A DNA stretch of 15,417 nucleotides, from assembly GCA_034439715.1 (NCBI GenBank), contig JAWXAY010000005.1, forward strand, positions 1-15,417, written 5' to 3'. Below are positions 1 to 7,362 of the stretch, piece by piece (position 1 is the first letter of the stretch; every line of letters begins with the position of its first letter). The translations under genes were made by a program, and so were the position numbers. This stretch comes from Pseudomonadota bacterium. Its GTDB lineage: Bacteria; Bdellovibrionota; Bdellovibrionia; Bdellovibrionales; SG-bin7. Below the pieces are notes generated by a model. It did no database searches, was not told where the DNA came from, and saw only the letters and a list, made by a program, of their open reading frames with translations.

Positions 1-1
1 A

Positions 2-97
2 AACACATTAGAAGCACTGGGGTTCATCGAATACAAACAACGGCGCGACTATTACGCACGCTGGAGAATCAGCCTGAAACCTGAGCCGAGTGGTTAA
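2..97 (+). CDS. 3' end of an upstream gene (partial), possibly a winged-helix C-terminus
   Basis: Frame 2 is open from the window edge to TAA at 95-97: NTLEALGFIEYKQRRDYYARWRISLKPEPSG*. 'LEALGFIE' resembles a wHTH helix-to-wing turn (LxxxGxI). Only 31 aa are visible, and frame 1 is also open to 84. Confidence 0.35.
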   Translation, partial: NTLEALGFIEYKQRRDYYARWRISLKPEPSG

Positions 98-105
98 TTT
101 AACCA
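91..105. promoter_or_regulatory. Perfect 7-1-7 palindrome TGGTTAA-T-TTAACCA, candidate operator
   Basis: Exact inverted repeat read from the sequence. The 1-nt spacer and AT-rich arms fit a dimeric protein site better than a terminator. Confidence 0.35.
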
Positions 106-274
106 TTTAGACTTATTTCAAAATCCACTAAAAACGGAGGGAGACTTCATATGTAAACCCCTCAAGCACCTGTCCAAACTCTGTACACCGCTGTCGTTAG
201 TGCAGAACCGTAGGCGCGCGCGCGAGGCATGCCATTTGCAAAAGTATAGCTATAAGAAAAGGCGGGAGAACAAT

Positions 275-817
275 ATGAATCCAATCAGGGTAACTAAAAT
301 ATCCATTATCCTAGCAGCCGCAATAATGACATTCCAGGGTTGCTCAAAAGTCGCCTTTGAAAGAGTTAACTCAACACTCACTAAAAGTGGCAATAATACC
401 AACAGAGACTATGATATTGCTATCGATGCGAACCGGGATCCGCAGAAATATATCGAACTATGTGAGCGACAGAGATTGTCCTCAAGTGGTGTCAATGTTG
501 CGGCTGGCAGCGATTTAACGAATTTAGTAGGAAACATCATTATAAGAAGCGAAGACTTAGGGAACATTAAAAATATCACTGGCAATCTCATTATTGTTAA
601 TTCAGGGGATACTGGCAATATTGATTCCATAGATCTTACTTTTGGCAATACCATTATTTGCGGTTTTGATATCGGATCCATCAACAAGCACACTGGTAAC
701 CTGGTTGTCGTTGGTGGTGATATCGGCAGTCTCGCAAATTCCACGGGCAATGTGGTTGTCATCGGGGGAACCATCGGCACTATATCGGGAAATACAGGAA
801 ATCTCGTTACTAGGTAA
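275..817 (+). CDS. Putative lipoprotein with about 5-6 tandem 17-aa beta-solenoid repeats
   Basis: ATG at 275 follows GGGAG (264-268), so it is preferred over GTG 200. Signal MNPIRVTKISIILAAAIMTFQG-C has a lipobox-like Cys. The C-terminal half repeats GN-[hydrophobic]4-xx-D/T-IG-x-I/L-xxx-T. Confidence 0.75.
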   Translation: MNPIRVTKISIILAAAIMTFQGCSKVAFERVNSTLTKSGNNTNRDYDIAIDANRDPQKYIELCERQRLSSSGVNVAAGSDLTNLVGNIIIRSEDLGNIKNITGNLIIVNSGDTGNIDSIDLTFGNTIICGFDIGSINKHTGNLVVVGGDIGSLANSTGNVVVIGGTIGTISGNTGNLVTR

Positions 818-880
818 AGAGACTTAGCAAAGTAAAAAATGTAATTTTTAATTTTGTCGACACAATCTTCAAGCGCCCCC

Positions 881-901
881 TTGGGGATTGACAATCCCCA
901 A
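881..901. terminator. Perfect inverted repeat TTGGGGATTG-A-CAATCCCCAA; intrinsic terminator of the lipoprotein gene or an operator
   Basis: 10-bp perfect arms 64 bp after the stop at 817, followed by a weak T-rich tract (TGCTTTGTTT). Confidence 0.5.
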
Positions 902-919
902 TGCTTTGTTTCTCTGCAC

Positions 920-948
920 TTGCTTCCAATTAGAACATAGGCTAAGAT
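920..948 (+). promoter_or_regulatory. Putative sigma70 promoter of the crt operon (TTGCTT-N17-TAAGAT)
   Basis: -35 TTGCTT at 920-925, 17-bp spacer, -10 TAAGAT at 943-948. The predicted start site falls at about 955, the ATG itself. Confidence 0.5.
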
Positions 949-954
949 CCCAAA

Positions 955-1380
955 ATGAAATTATTTCTAGGTTTAGTAGTTTCGTTTTTTATGAGCACGT
1001 CTTTCGGCAATGTATTAACGTTTAAATTTAAAGGGCTCAAAGAATTAAAAGGTTCTGTAAGACTCGCCATTTACAATAGCAAAGAAACCTTTCTCGACGA
1101 AAAACAGTTTTTTCGTTCGGCTTTGTCCCCGGCGACCTCAGAAGTGGTAATGATTCTAGTCGCTGACATTCCCTATGGGATTTATGCGGTAGCCGCGTTT
1201 CACGATAGTGATGATAATAATAAAATGACGAAAAACTTTTTAGGTATTCCCAAAGAGCTCTTTGGATTTTCAAATGGGGCCCAACCTTCAATTTTGGGCG
1301 CACCTTCTTTTGATGAATCAAAAATTGATTTCAACGCTAGCGCCAAGGTGTTTGAGATTAATTTACGTGAAGCCTTTTAG
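955..1380 (+). CDS. DUF2141-family exported protein
   Basis: N-terminal signal peptide. Motifs 'KGSVRLAIYNS', 'GIYAVAAFHDSDDNNKM', 'NFLGIPKELFGFSN' and 'GAPSFDES' match the family pattern GxYAvAxfHDxNxNgKlDxxxxGiPxExfGFSN. Confidence 0.88.
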   Translation: MKLFLGLVVSFFMSTSFGNVLTFKFKGLKELKGSVRLAIYNSKETFLDEKQFFRSALSPATSEVVMILVADIPYGIYAVAAFHDSDDNNKMTKNFLGIPKELFGFSNGAQPSILGAPSFDESKIDFNASAKVFEINLREAF

Positions 1381-1383
1381 ATC

Positions 1384-2547
1384 ATGAGTCAAGAAAAGTA
1401 CGACTATATTCTAGTTGGCGCTGGTCTTGCCAATGGTATTTTAGCTTTAAAACTTCATGAACAAAAAAAAAGTTTTTTGCTCATTGATGACAAATCATCT
1501 CTTGAGCGTAGCCAAACCTGGTCCTTTCATCAACACGACATTGCTAGAACTGAACATCAATGGCTCACGCCAGTCATAACTAAATCCTGGCCGGCTCATA
1601 CTGTGCGCTTTCCCAAATATCAAAAACAGCTGAATTCTTCGTACCACTCTATTACTTCAAATAACCTTTTCGCTCATATTCAGCGTCAACTGCCAGCCAA
1701 AAATATTTTGTTAAATGAAAAATTAACGAAACTTTCTCGAGACTCGGTTGTGCTTTCTGACGGCCAGACTATCAAAACTAAAAATGTCATTGATGGTCGT
1801 GGGATTTTACCTTCTGACATTAAACCTTGTGGCTACCAAAAGTTTTTGGGTTTAGATATCAAATTGAAGAAACCTCACAATCTAAGCTTTCCTATTCTTA
1901 TGGACGCCACAGTGCCTCAAACTGATGGTTACCGATTCATTTATGTTTTGCCGTGGAATGAAACTACGCTTCTGGTTGAAGACACCTATTACAGCAACAC
2001 TTCAATACTAAACAGCGCTCACATTGAGTGTGAAATTCAAAACTATATAGAGAAAAATTGGGGCCCCAGCGAAAGTGTTTTGCGGAGAGAACAAGCAGCA
2101 CTAGCTATTCCACTTACAAAAAATCTGTTTAGTTACTGGGCAAAATCTGAGGGAATTTCTTTGATTGGTTTAAGAGGAGGATTTTTTCATCCAACGACGG
2201 GATATTCATTGCCATTGGCTCTGCAAATTGCTGAGATCATAACCAAAGCCCCAAACAAAGAGGGCCCGCAGCTTTTTGATCTCTTAAGGAATGAATCTAT
2301 GAAATGGCAAAAGAAATGTCAGTTTTATCTTTTTTTGAATCGCATGATGTTTGGCGCAGCCCTACCCCATGAGAGAATTAATATTTTTGAAAGATTTTAC
2401 CAATTACCAGAACCACTGATTCAGCGTTTTTACGCGAGCCGACTCAACAAATTCGATCAAATGCGGATATTGATGGGGCGTCCTCCGGTGCCTGTGGTTC
2501 ATGCTATAAAAAGTATATTTAACACCTCCTGGATGGAAGCCCAATAA
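1384..2547 (+). CDS. crtY: Lycopene beta-cyclase (CrtY type)
   Basis: 'DYILVGAGLANGILA' dinucleotide motif, plus 'TWSFH', 'QKFLG', 'PILMDATVPQTDGYRFIYVLP', 'LLVEDTYYS', 'GGFFHPTTGYSLP', 'ERFYQLPEPLIQRFYA' and 'GRPPVP'. Confidence 0.96.
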   Translation: MSQEKYDYILVGAGLANGILALKLHEQKKSFLLIDDKSSLERSQTWSFHQHDIARTEHQWLTPVITKSWPAHTVRFPKYQKQLNSSYHSITSNNLFAHIQRQLPAKNILLNEKLTKLSRDSVVLSDGQTIKTKNVIDGRGILPSDIKPCGYQKFLGLDIKLKKPHNLSFPILMDATVPQTDGYRFIYVLPWNETTLLVEDTYYSNTSILNSAHIECEIQNYIEKNWGPSESVLRREQAALAIPLTKNLFSYWAKSEGISLIGLRGGFFHPTTGYSLPLALQIAEIITKAPNKEGPQLFDLLRNESMKWQKKCQFYLFLNRMMFGAALPHERINIFERFYQLPEPLIQRFYASRLNKFDQMRILMGRPPVPVVHAIKSIFNTSWMEAQ

Positions 2548-2549
2548 AG

Positions 2550-3533
2550 ATGTTAACTCCAAAGATTTCCTGGCTGCCAATTTCCTCTCATAAGTTGATG
2601 GAGAAATATTTAAAGCCTTCACTTTTAGGGCCTCTTGAAGAATACCTCAATCGACCAAAAAAAGAAATTCGCAGACAGCTGGTGGAATTAGGATTCAAGT
2701 GGGCGCAAAAAATAAATAAGGGTTCGTTAAAAATTTCAAAAAAGAATCTGAGCGTACTCTGTCAGATTTTGGAAGCCGTGCATGCCGGTTCTTTAATCGT
2801 TGACGATATTCAAGATGGCAGTCCCGTTCGTAGAGGACAGCCCAGCTATCATCGCCTTCATGGACTCCCCTTGGCAATCAATTCGGGAAATTGGCTTTAC
2901 TTTTGGGCCTTTAAAAAGGCCAAAGACCTCTCGCTCTCCAATCCTAGAAAAAATATGATTATCACCGTTTTACTTGATACTTTATTTGAAGGTCACCTTG
3001 GGCAGGCCCTAGATATTGGAACAAAAATAACAGATGTGCCTAGAGATGAAATTGCTAATATTAGCTTTTCTACCATGCGCTTTAAAACAGGAGCTTTGAC
3101 GGGATTAGCACTCTTTAGTGGAGCCATTATTGGCGGCATGGCGCTGAGTAAAGCTCGTAAAGTACTAGAAACGGGACGCGAGTTTGGCTTGCTCTTGCAG
3201 ATCATAGACGATCTCAAAAATTTGAAGCTCTCTAAAAATAAAATTTATGACCCAAAACTTTTTGAAGATCTACGTAATTATCGACCAGGTTACCTGTGGG
3301 CTTTTGCCGCACAAAGGTGTTCAGATAAACAGCTACGCCAACTTGTTAAAGCTACTCATGATATAGAAAACATTTCAAAAATTCGAGATTGGCTAGTTAA
3401 CCTTAATTTTTTTACTAAAGCCCTTAGAGATTTTAAAAAGAAAAAAGACACTCTCTTGGCAGCAACTCCAGAAATGAAAACGGAGCTTCAGAGTTTAATT
3501 TCTCAGTTGGAGCTTGCCTATGAAAAAAGTTAG
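2550..3533 (+). CDS. crtE: Polyprenyl diphosphate synthase, probable GGPP synthase
   Basis: FARM 'SLIVDDIQDGSPVRRG', 'GQALDI', 'KTGAL', and second motif 'QIIDDLKN'. Lies inside the crt operon. Confidence 0.85.
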   Translation: MLTPKISWLPISSHKLMEKYLKPSLLGPLEEYLNRPKKEIRRQLVELGFKWAQKINKGSLKISKKNLSVLCQILEAVHAGSLIVDDIQDGSPVRRGQPSYHRLHGLPLAINSGNWLYFWAFKKAKDLSLSNPRKNMIITVLLDTLFEGHLGQALDIGTKITDVPRDEIANISFSTMRFKTGALTGLALFSGAIIGGMALSKARKVLETGREFGLLLQIIDDLKNLKLSKNKIYDPKLFEDLRNYRPGYLWAFAAQRCSDKQLRQLVKATHDIENISKIRDWLVNLNFFTKALRDFKKKKDTLLAATPEMKTELQSLISQLELAYEKS

Positions 3534-5010
3534 AGCCGCGGTCGTTGGCAGTGGCTTTGGCGGGCTAGCTTTAGCTATACGTTTGCAGTCCCTAGGCTAT
3601 GAAACTTCAATATTTGAAAAACGTGATTTGCCAGGAGGCCGCGCTTACGTTTTTAAAGATAAAGGATTTACATTTGATGCTGGGCCCACGGTTATAACTG
3701 CTCCCGAATGTCTTGAAGAACTTTTCGCTCTTTCTGGAAGAAAAATGTCAGACTATGTGGAAATGATTCCCATCTCCCCGTTTTACCGACTCTACTGGGA
3801 AAGCGGTTATCATTTTGATTATTCAAACGACGATACGGAGCTTAAGCGGCAAATCCTGGCAAAGCACCCACAAGACTGGGATGGCTACCAGCGTTTTATG
3901 AAATACACCAAAGATGTCTTTCGTGAAGGGTATGAAAAATTAGCGCATGTTCCATTTCCTAATTTTTGGAGCATGATAAAAGTAGCTCCGCAGTTGGTTC
4001 AACTTTCTGCCTTTCGCTCAGTTTACTCGATGGTCTCAAAGTATATAAAAGATGAAGAACTTCGCCAGGCCTTCAGTTTTCATTCCTTACTCGTCGGTGG
4101 GAATCCATTTACCAGTTCCTCCATTTATACACTAATTCATTATTTAGAAAGAAATTGGGGAGTTTTTTTTCCTAGAGGCGGCACTGGCGCTTTAGTGCGG
4201 GGGCTCGTAAAACTATTTACTGATCTTGGTGGCAAAATTCACTATAACTCCGAAATTGATGAGATTTTAACTGATGGTCAAAAGGTGATGGGCTTAAGGC
4301 TCAAAAATGGTCACTCCGAACACTTTGATTTAGTCGCAAGTAATGCGGATGTGGCGCACACTTACTCCCAGTTACTCCGCAACGAAAAACAAGTTAAAAA
4401 CACTCGAAAATATATCATGAGTCGCAGTTTTAGCATGTCACTTTTTCTTATCTATTTTGGCACGGATAAAACCTATCCTCATCTCAAACACCACAACGTC
4501 ATGTTTGGCCCGCGCTATAAAGCTTTGCTGGCGGATATTTTTAAAGCAGGAAACCTATCTGATGACTTTTCTCTATACCTACATGCACCTTGTCGGACTG
4601 ACGCTTCGTTAGCACCTGAAGGCTGTGATGCTTTTTATGTTCTTTCTCCCGTTCCTCATTTAGGTAAAAACCCTATGGATTGGAAAAAAGAAGGCCCCGT
4701 TTATGCTGATAAAATTTTAGACTACTTAAGTGCCAGGTACTTGCCAAATCTTAAAAAGCACATCGTTACTCAGCGAATATTTACTCCCGTTGACTTTGAA
4801 ACAGAATTGAATTCTCAGTTTGGCTCAGCTTTTTCATTGGAACCTATCTTGACACAGAGTGCCTATTTTAGAACACAAAATCGCGAGAAAAAAATTAAGG
4901 GTTTATACTTTGTAGGAGCTGGCACTCACCCGGGAGCCGGTGTGCCCGGAGTCGTGAACTCCGCTAAAGCCACAACAGGTGTCATTTTAGCTGACGGGAA
5001 TTTGGCTTGA
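3520..5010 (+). CDS. crtI: Phytoene desaturase
   Basis: 'VVGSGFGGLALAIRLQ', 'GGRAYV...GFTFDAGPTVIT', 'FSFHSLLVGGNPF', 'DFSLYLHAP' and 'LYFVGAGTHPGAGVPGVV'. ATG at 3520 overlaps the end of crtE and has GGAG upstream. Confidence 0.97.
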   Translation: MKKVRAAVVGSGFGGLALAIRLQSLGYETSIFEKRDLPGGRAYVFKDKGFTFDAGPTVITAPECLEELFALSGRKMSDYVEMIPISPFYRLYWESGYHFDYSNDDTELKRQILAKHPQDWDGYQRFMKYTKDVFREGYEKLAHVPFPNFWSMIKVAPQLVQLSAFRSVYSMVSKYIKDEELRQAFSFHSLLVGGNPFTSSSIYTLIHYLERNWGVFFPRGGTGALVRGLVKLFTDLGGKIHYNSEIDEILTDGQKVMGLRLKNGHSEHFDLVASNADVAHTYSQLLRNEKQVKNTRKYIMSRSFSMSLFLIYFGTDKTYPHLKHHNVMFGPRYKALLADIFKAGNLSDDFSLYLHAPCRTDASLAPEGCDAFYVLSPVPHLGKNPMDWKKEGPVYADKILDYLSARYLPNLKKHIVTQRIFTPVDFETELNSQFGSAFSLEPILTQSAYFRTQNREKKIKGLYFVGAGTHPGAGVPGVVNSAKATTGVILADGNLA

Positions 5011-5924
5011 AACAGGGAGCGACACTTGCAGAACAATCTCGCGAAATCATTATGCAAGGCTCAAAAAGTTTTTCTTTAGCGGCGCTGCTACTTGGTCGAG
5101 AAACTCGTGACTCGGCTTTTTTGCTATATCACTGGTGCCGGTACTGCGATGATATGATTGATCAAGCCGAGCCAGGTAAAGCCCACGAAAAATTACAAAT
5201 GTTACGCGAACAAACTATTCAAGCGCTTACTGGCGCCGAAAATTTAGAGCCTGCCTTTCTGGCCTTGTCCCGGGTTGTAAAAAAATATTCTATTCCGCAC
5301 CACTATCCACTGGAGCTTTTGGCAGGTATGGAAATGGATGTTCTGCAGTGTCAGTATAATAGTTTTGCGAACCTCAAACTCTATTGTTATCGCGTGGCCG
5401 GCGTCGTTGGTTTAATGATGGCGCATATCTTAGGTGTGAGTCATGAGAAGGCGCTAAGGAACGCCTGTGATATGGGAATAGCTATGCAGCTAACAAATAT
5501 TGCGCGCGATATATTAACAGATGCACAGATTAACCGAATTTACCTGCCAGTAGAGTGGCTCAAAGAAGTTGGCATTCCCCCACTGGCGAATGCCATCATG
5601 AGCCCAAAGCACCGCGCTCCCCTATTTCTAATAGTCAAAAAACTATTAAACGAAGCTGAAGTCTTTTATCAATCAGGTGATCGAGGTCTGCCGTTTTTGG
5701 CTACGCAACCGAGACTCGCCATCATGTCGGCACGCTATATTTATTCTGATATTGGCCAATTGATTTTATATCGAAAGTCATTTGCCTGGGACACCCGAAC
5801 TTTTGTTCCACTCTATCGAAAGATTTTTTGGATTTCTTTGAGTCTGGTGCGCTTAACCTGGCAAGGCTTATTTAAACCCCGATTTCAAGCTACGCCAATT
5901 ACCCAAGTATGGAGGTTCCAATGA
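5007..5924 (+). CDS. crtB: Phytoene synthase
   Basis: 'GSKSFSLAA', 'LYHWCRYCDDMID', 'YCYRVAGVVGLMM' and 'GIAMQLTNIARDILTDAQINRIYLP'. TTG start overlaps the crtI TGA (TTGA). Confidence 0.96.
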   Translation: MKQGATLAEQSREIIMQGSKSFSLAALLLGRETRDSAFLLYHWCRYCDDMIDQAEPGKAHEKLQMLREQTIQALTGAENLEPAFLALSRVVKKYSIPHHYPLELLAGMEMDVLQCQYNSFANLKLYCYRVAGVVGLMMAHILGVSHEKALRNACDMGIAMQLTNIARDILTDAQINRIYLPVEWLKEVGIPPLANAIMSPKHRAPLFLIVKKLLNEAEVFYQSGDRGLPFLATQPRLAIMSARYIYSDIGQLILYRKSFAWDTRTFVPLYRKIFWISLSLVRLTWQGLFKPRFQATPITQVWRFQ

Positions 5925-6523
5925 ACCGAGCCACCTCCTTTTGGCAGGATACTGTAACTTACGCTTGTCAAATCAAGCAGTTTTCTAGAACCGACTGGAA
6001 TGTCTATTTTGCTTGGGTAGGACTAATGCTGGGCCTTTTGTTTTCGGTCTTTGGTTTTATTCTAGTGGGTTATTTTCATGGAGCTGACTTTCCACCTTAC
6101 GTTTGGAATGTACCGCTGGGCACGATTATCTTTGTGGGCGCTATTGCTTTTGATACTATTGGCCACCGAACAGCGTATAAAGAAGAACTCAAAAAGGGTG
6201 AAGAGTTAGTTCATCACATAACTATTTTTGCCGGCATAACCAGTGTTTTGGCACTATGTCTTTGTTATACCTGGCCCAGTTTTTTTAGAATTCCCGCCAT
6301 CAGTTTAATTGCGCTGAGTATTTTGTATAGCATTATTGACGAAGCTCTACACTGGCATCGTTATCTCAATAAACACTCCGATCGGGTAGAAATGTGGAGT
6401 CATTTTTTTATCTTTTTAGGTCACACAATCATGGTCCTCTCTTGGTATTATTGGTTTGATCAGGGGTACCCAGGAGTAGCCACAACAGTCGAGGCCATGA
6501 AACAAATGGGAATTTTTTTCTAA
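5921..6523 (+). CDS. Uncharacterised integral membrane protein (about 5 TM) with a duplicated Asp/His/Glu motif
   Basis: ATG at 5921 overlaps the crtB stop (ATGA), with GGAGG at 5911-5915. Five hydrophobic segments. Motifs DTIGH...EELVH and DEALH...EMWSH. Confidence 0.85.
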   Translation: MNRATSFWQDTVTYACQIKQFSRTDWNVYFAWVGLMLGLLFSVFGFILVGYFHGADFPPYVWNVPLGTIIFVGAIAFDTIGHRTAYKEELKKGEELVHHITIFAGITSVLALCLCYTWPSFFRIPAISLIALSILYSIIDEALHWHRYLNKHSDRVEMWSHFFIFLGHTIMVLSWYYWFDQGYPGVATTVEAMKQMGIFF

Positions 6524-6524
6524 G

Positions 6525-7253
6525 ATGAGCATTGAGGCACTTAGCGTCACAAGTGTTGGGCTGTATGTAATAATACTTTTTCGTTATTTTTTAATTGCGG
6601 GTTTTTTTTATTGGTTTTTTTGGATGAGGCGCCGACCTCAATGGGAGACTAGAAAACTTCAAGATACCACTCCCTCTAAAAAACTTATTTGGAGCGAAAT
6701 CCGTTGGTCTGTGATCACTTCATTTTTCTTTGCTATCCCCGGCGCAATTATGATTGAATCCTGGAAGCTCGGTGGCACAAAAATTTATACCGATTATGCG
6801 AAGTACGGTTGGATCTATCTCTTTTTAAGTATTTTTATCTATATGTTTTTACATGACACTTATTTTTATTGGACTCATAGACTTATGCACCGGCCAAAAA
6901 TCTTTCGTATTTTTCACCAAGTTCATCATGAATCACAAAATCCCACTCCTTGGGCGGCCTTTTCATTTCATCCTTATGAAGCCATCATTGAGGCCCTGAT
7001 ATTGCCCCTTTTAACTTTTTTCGTACCAATTCATATTGGTGCGTTAATCTTTGTACTGACCGCTATGACCATATTTGGGGTCACTAATCACACAGGTTAT
7101 GAGATTTTTTCGGCAAAGTGGATGCAAGGTTTATGGGGAAAACAAATGATTACGGCTACTCATCACAATCAGCACCATAAAAATTATTTCTGCAATTTTG
7201 GCTTGTACTTTCGGTTTTGGGATAAATTCATGCAGACAGATAAAATGACTTAG
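6525..7253 (+). CDS. crtG: Sterol desaturase/fatty acid hydroxylase family di-iron enzyme, probable carotenoid 2,2'-beta-ring hydroxylase (CrtG-like)
   Basis: His boxes HDTYFYWTHRLMH, HQVHH, NH and HHNQHH, plus 'NFGLYFRFWDK'. Segments 'RYFL', 'ESWKLGGTKIY', 'VPIH' and 'ITATHH' match CrtG as I recall it from Brevundimonas. Last gene of the crt operon. Confidence 0.75.
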   Translation: MSIEALSVTSVGLYVIILFRYFLIAGFFYWFFWMRRRPQWETRKLQDTTPSKKLIWSEIRWSVITSFFFAIPGAIMIESWKLGGTKIYTDYAKYGWIYLFLSIFIYMFLHDTYFYWTHRLMHRPKIFRIFHQVHHESQNPTPWAAFSFHPYEAIIEALILPLLTFFVPIHIGALIFVLTAMTIFGVTNHTGYEIFSAKWMQGLWGKQMITATHHNQHHKNYFCNFGLYFRFWDKFMQTDKMT

Positions 7254-7286
7254 ATTTGCTCTTTTCTTAAACAAAACTGTTTTTTC

Positions 7287-7316
7287 TTTACAATACACTT
7301 TATGCCTCGCTAAACT
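7287..7316 (+). promoter_or_regulatory. Putative sigma70 promoter for pstS (TTTACA-N18-TAAACT)
   Basis: -35 at 7287-7292 and -10 at 7311-7316 in the 109-bp AT-rich gap. Confidence 0.4.
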
Positions 7317-7362
7317 TAACTCTCATTTTCACTTTTAATTCAATTTTAGAGAAGGCAAAAAT

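Noticed and set aside
214..224. GCGCGCGCGCG run in AT-rich intergenic DNA
   Set aside because: Too short, and with no second copy or context, to support a Z-DNA, phase-variation or repeat claim.
200..274. GTG start at 200 for the lipoprotein
   Set aside because: It would bury the signal peptide behind 25 charged residues. ATG 275 has an RBS.
409..894. 161-aa minus-strand ORF, and the 642-827 + ORF
   Set aside because: Shadows of the repeat lipoprotein. The Pro/Thr periodicity mirrors its Gly/Val codons.
888..916. TTGACA at 888-893 as the -35 of the crt promoter
   Set aside because: No plausible -10 at 16-18 bp (TCTCTG region). The 920-948 pair fits better.
5921..7253. Calling either downstream membrane protein CrtZ or CrtW
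   Set aside because: The first lacks HxxHH boxes. The second has the sterol-desaturase/CrtG pattern, not the CrtZ 'HDGLVHQR' or CrtW motifs.
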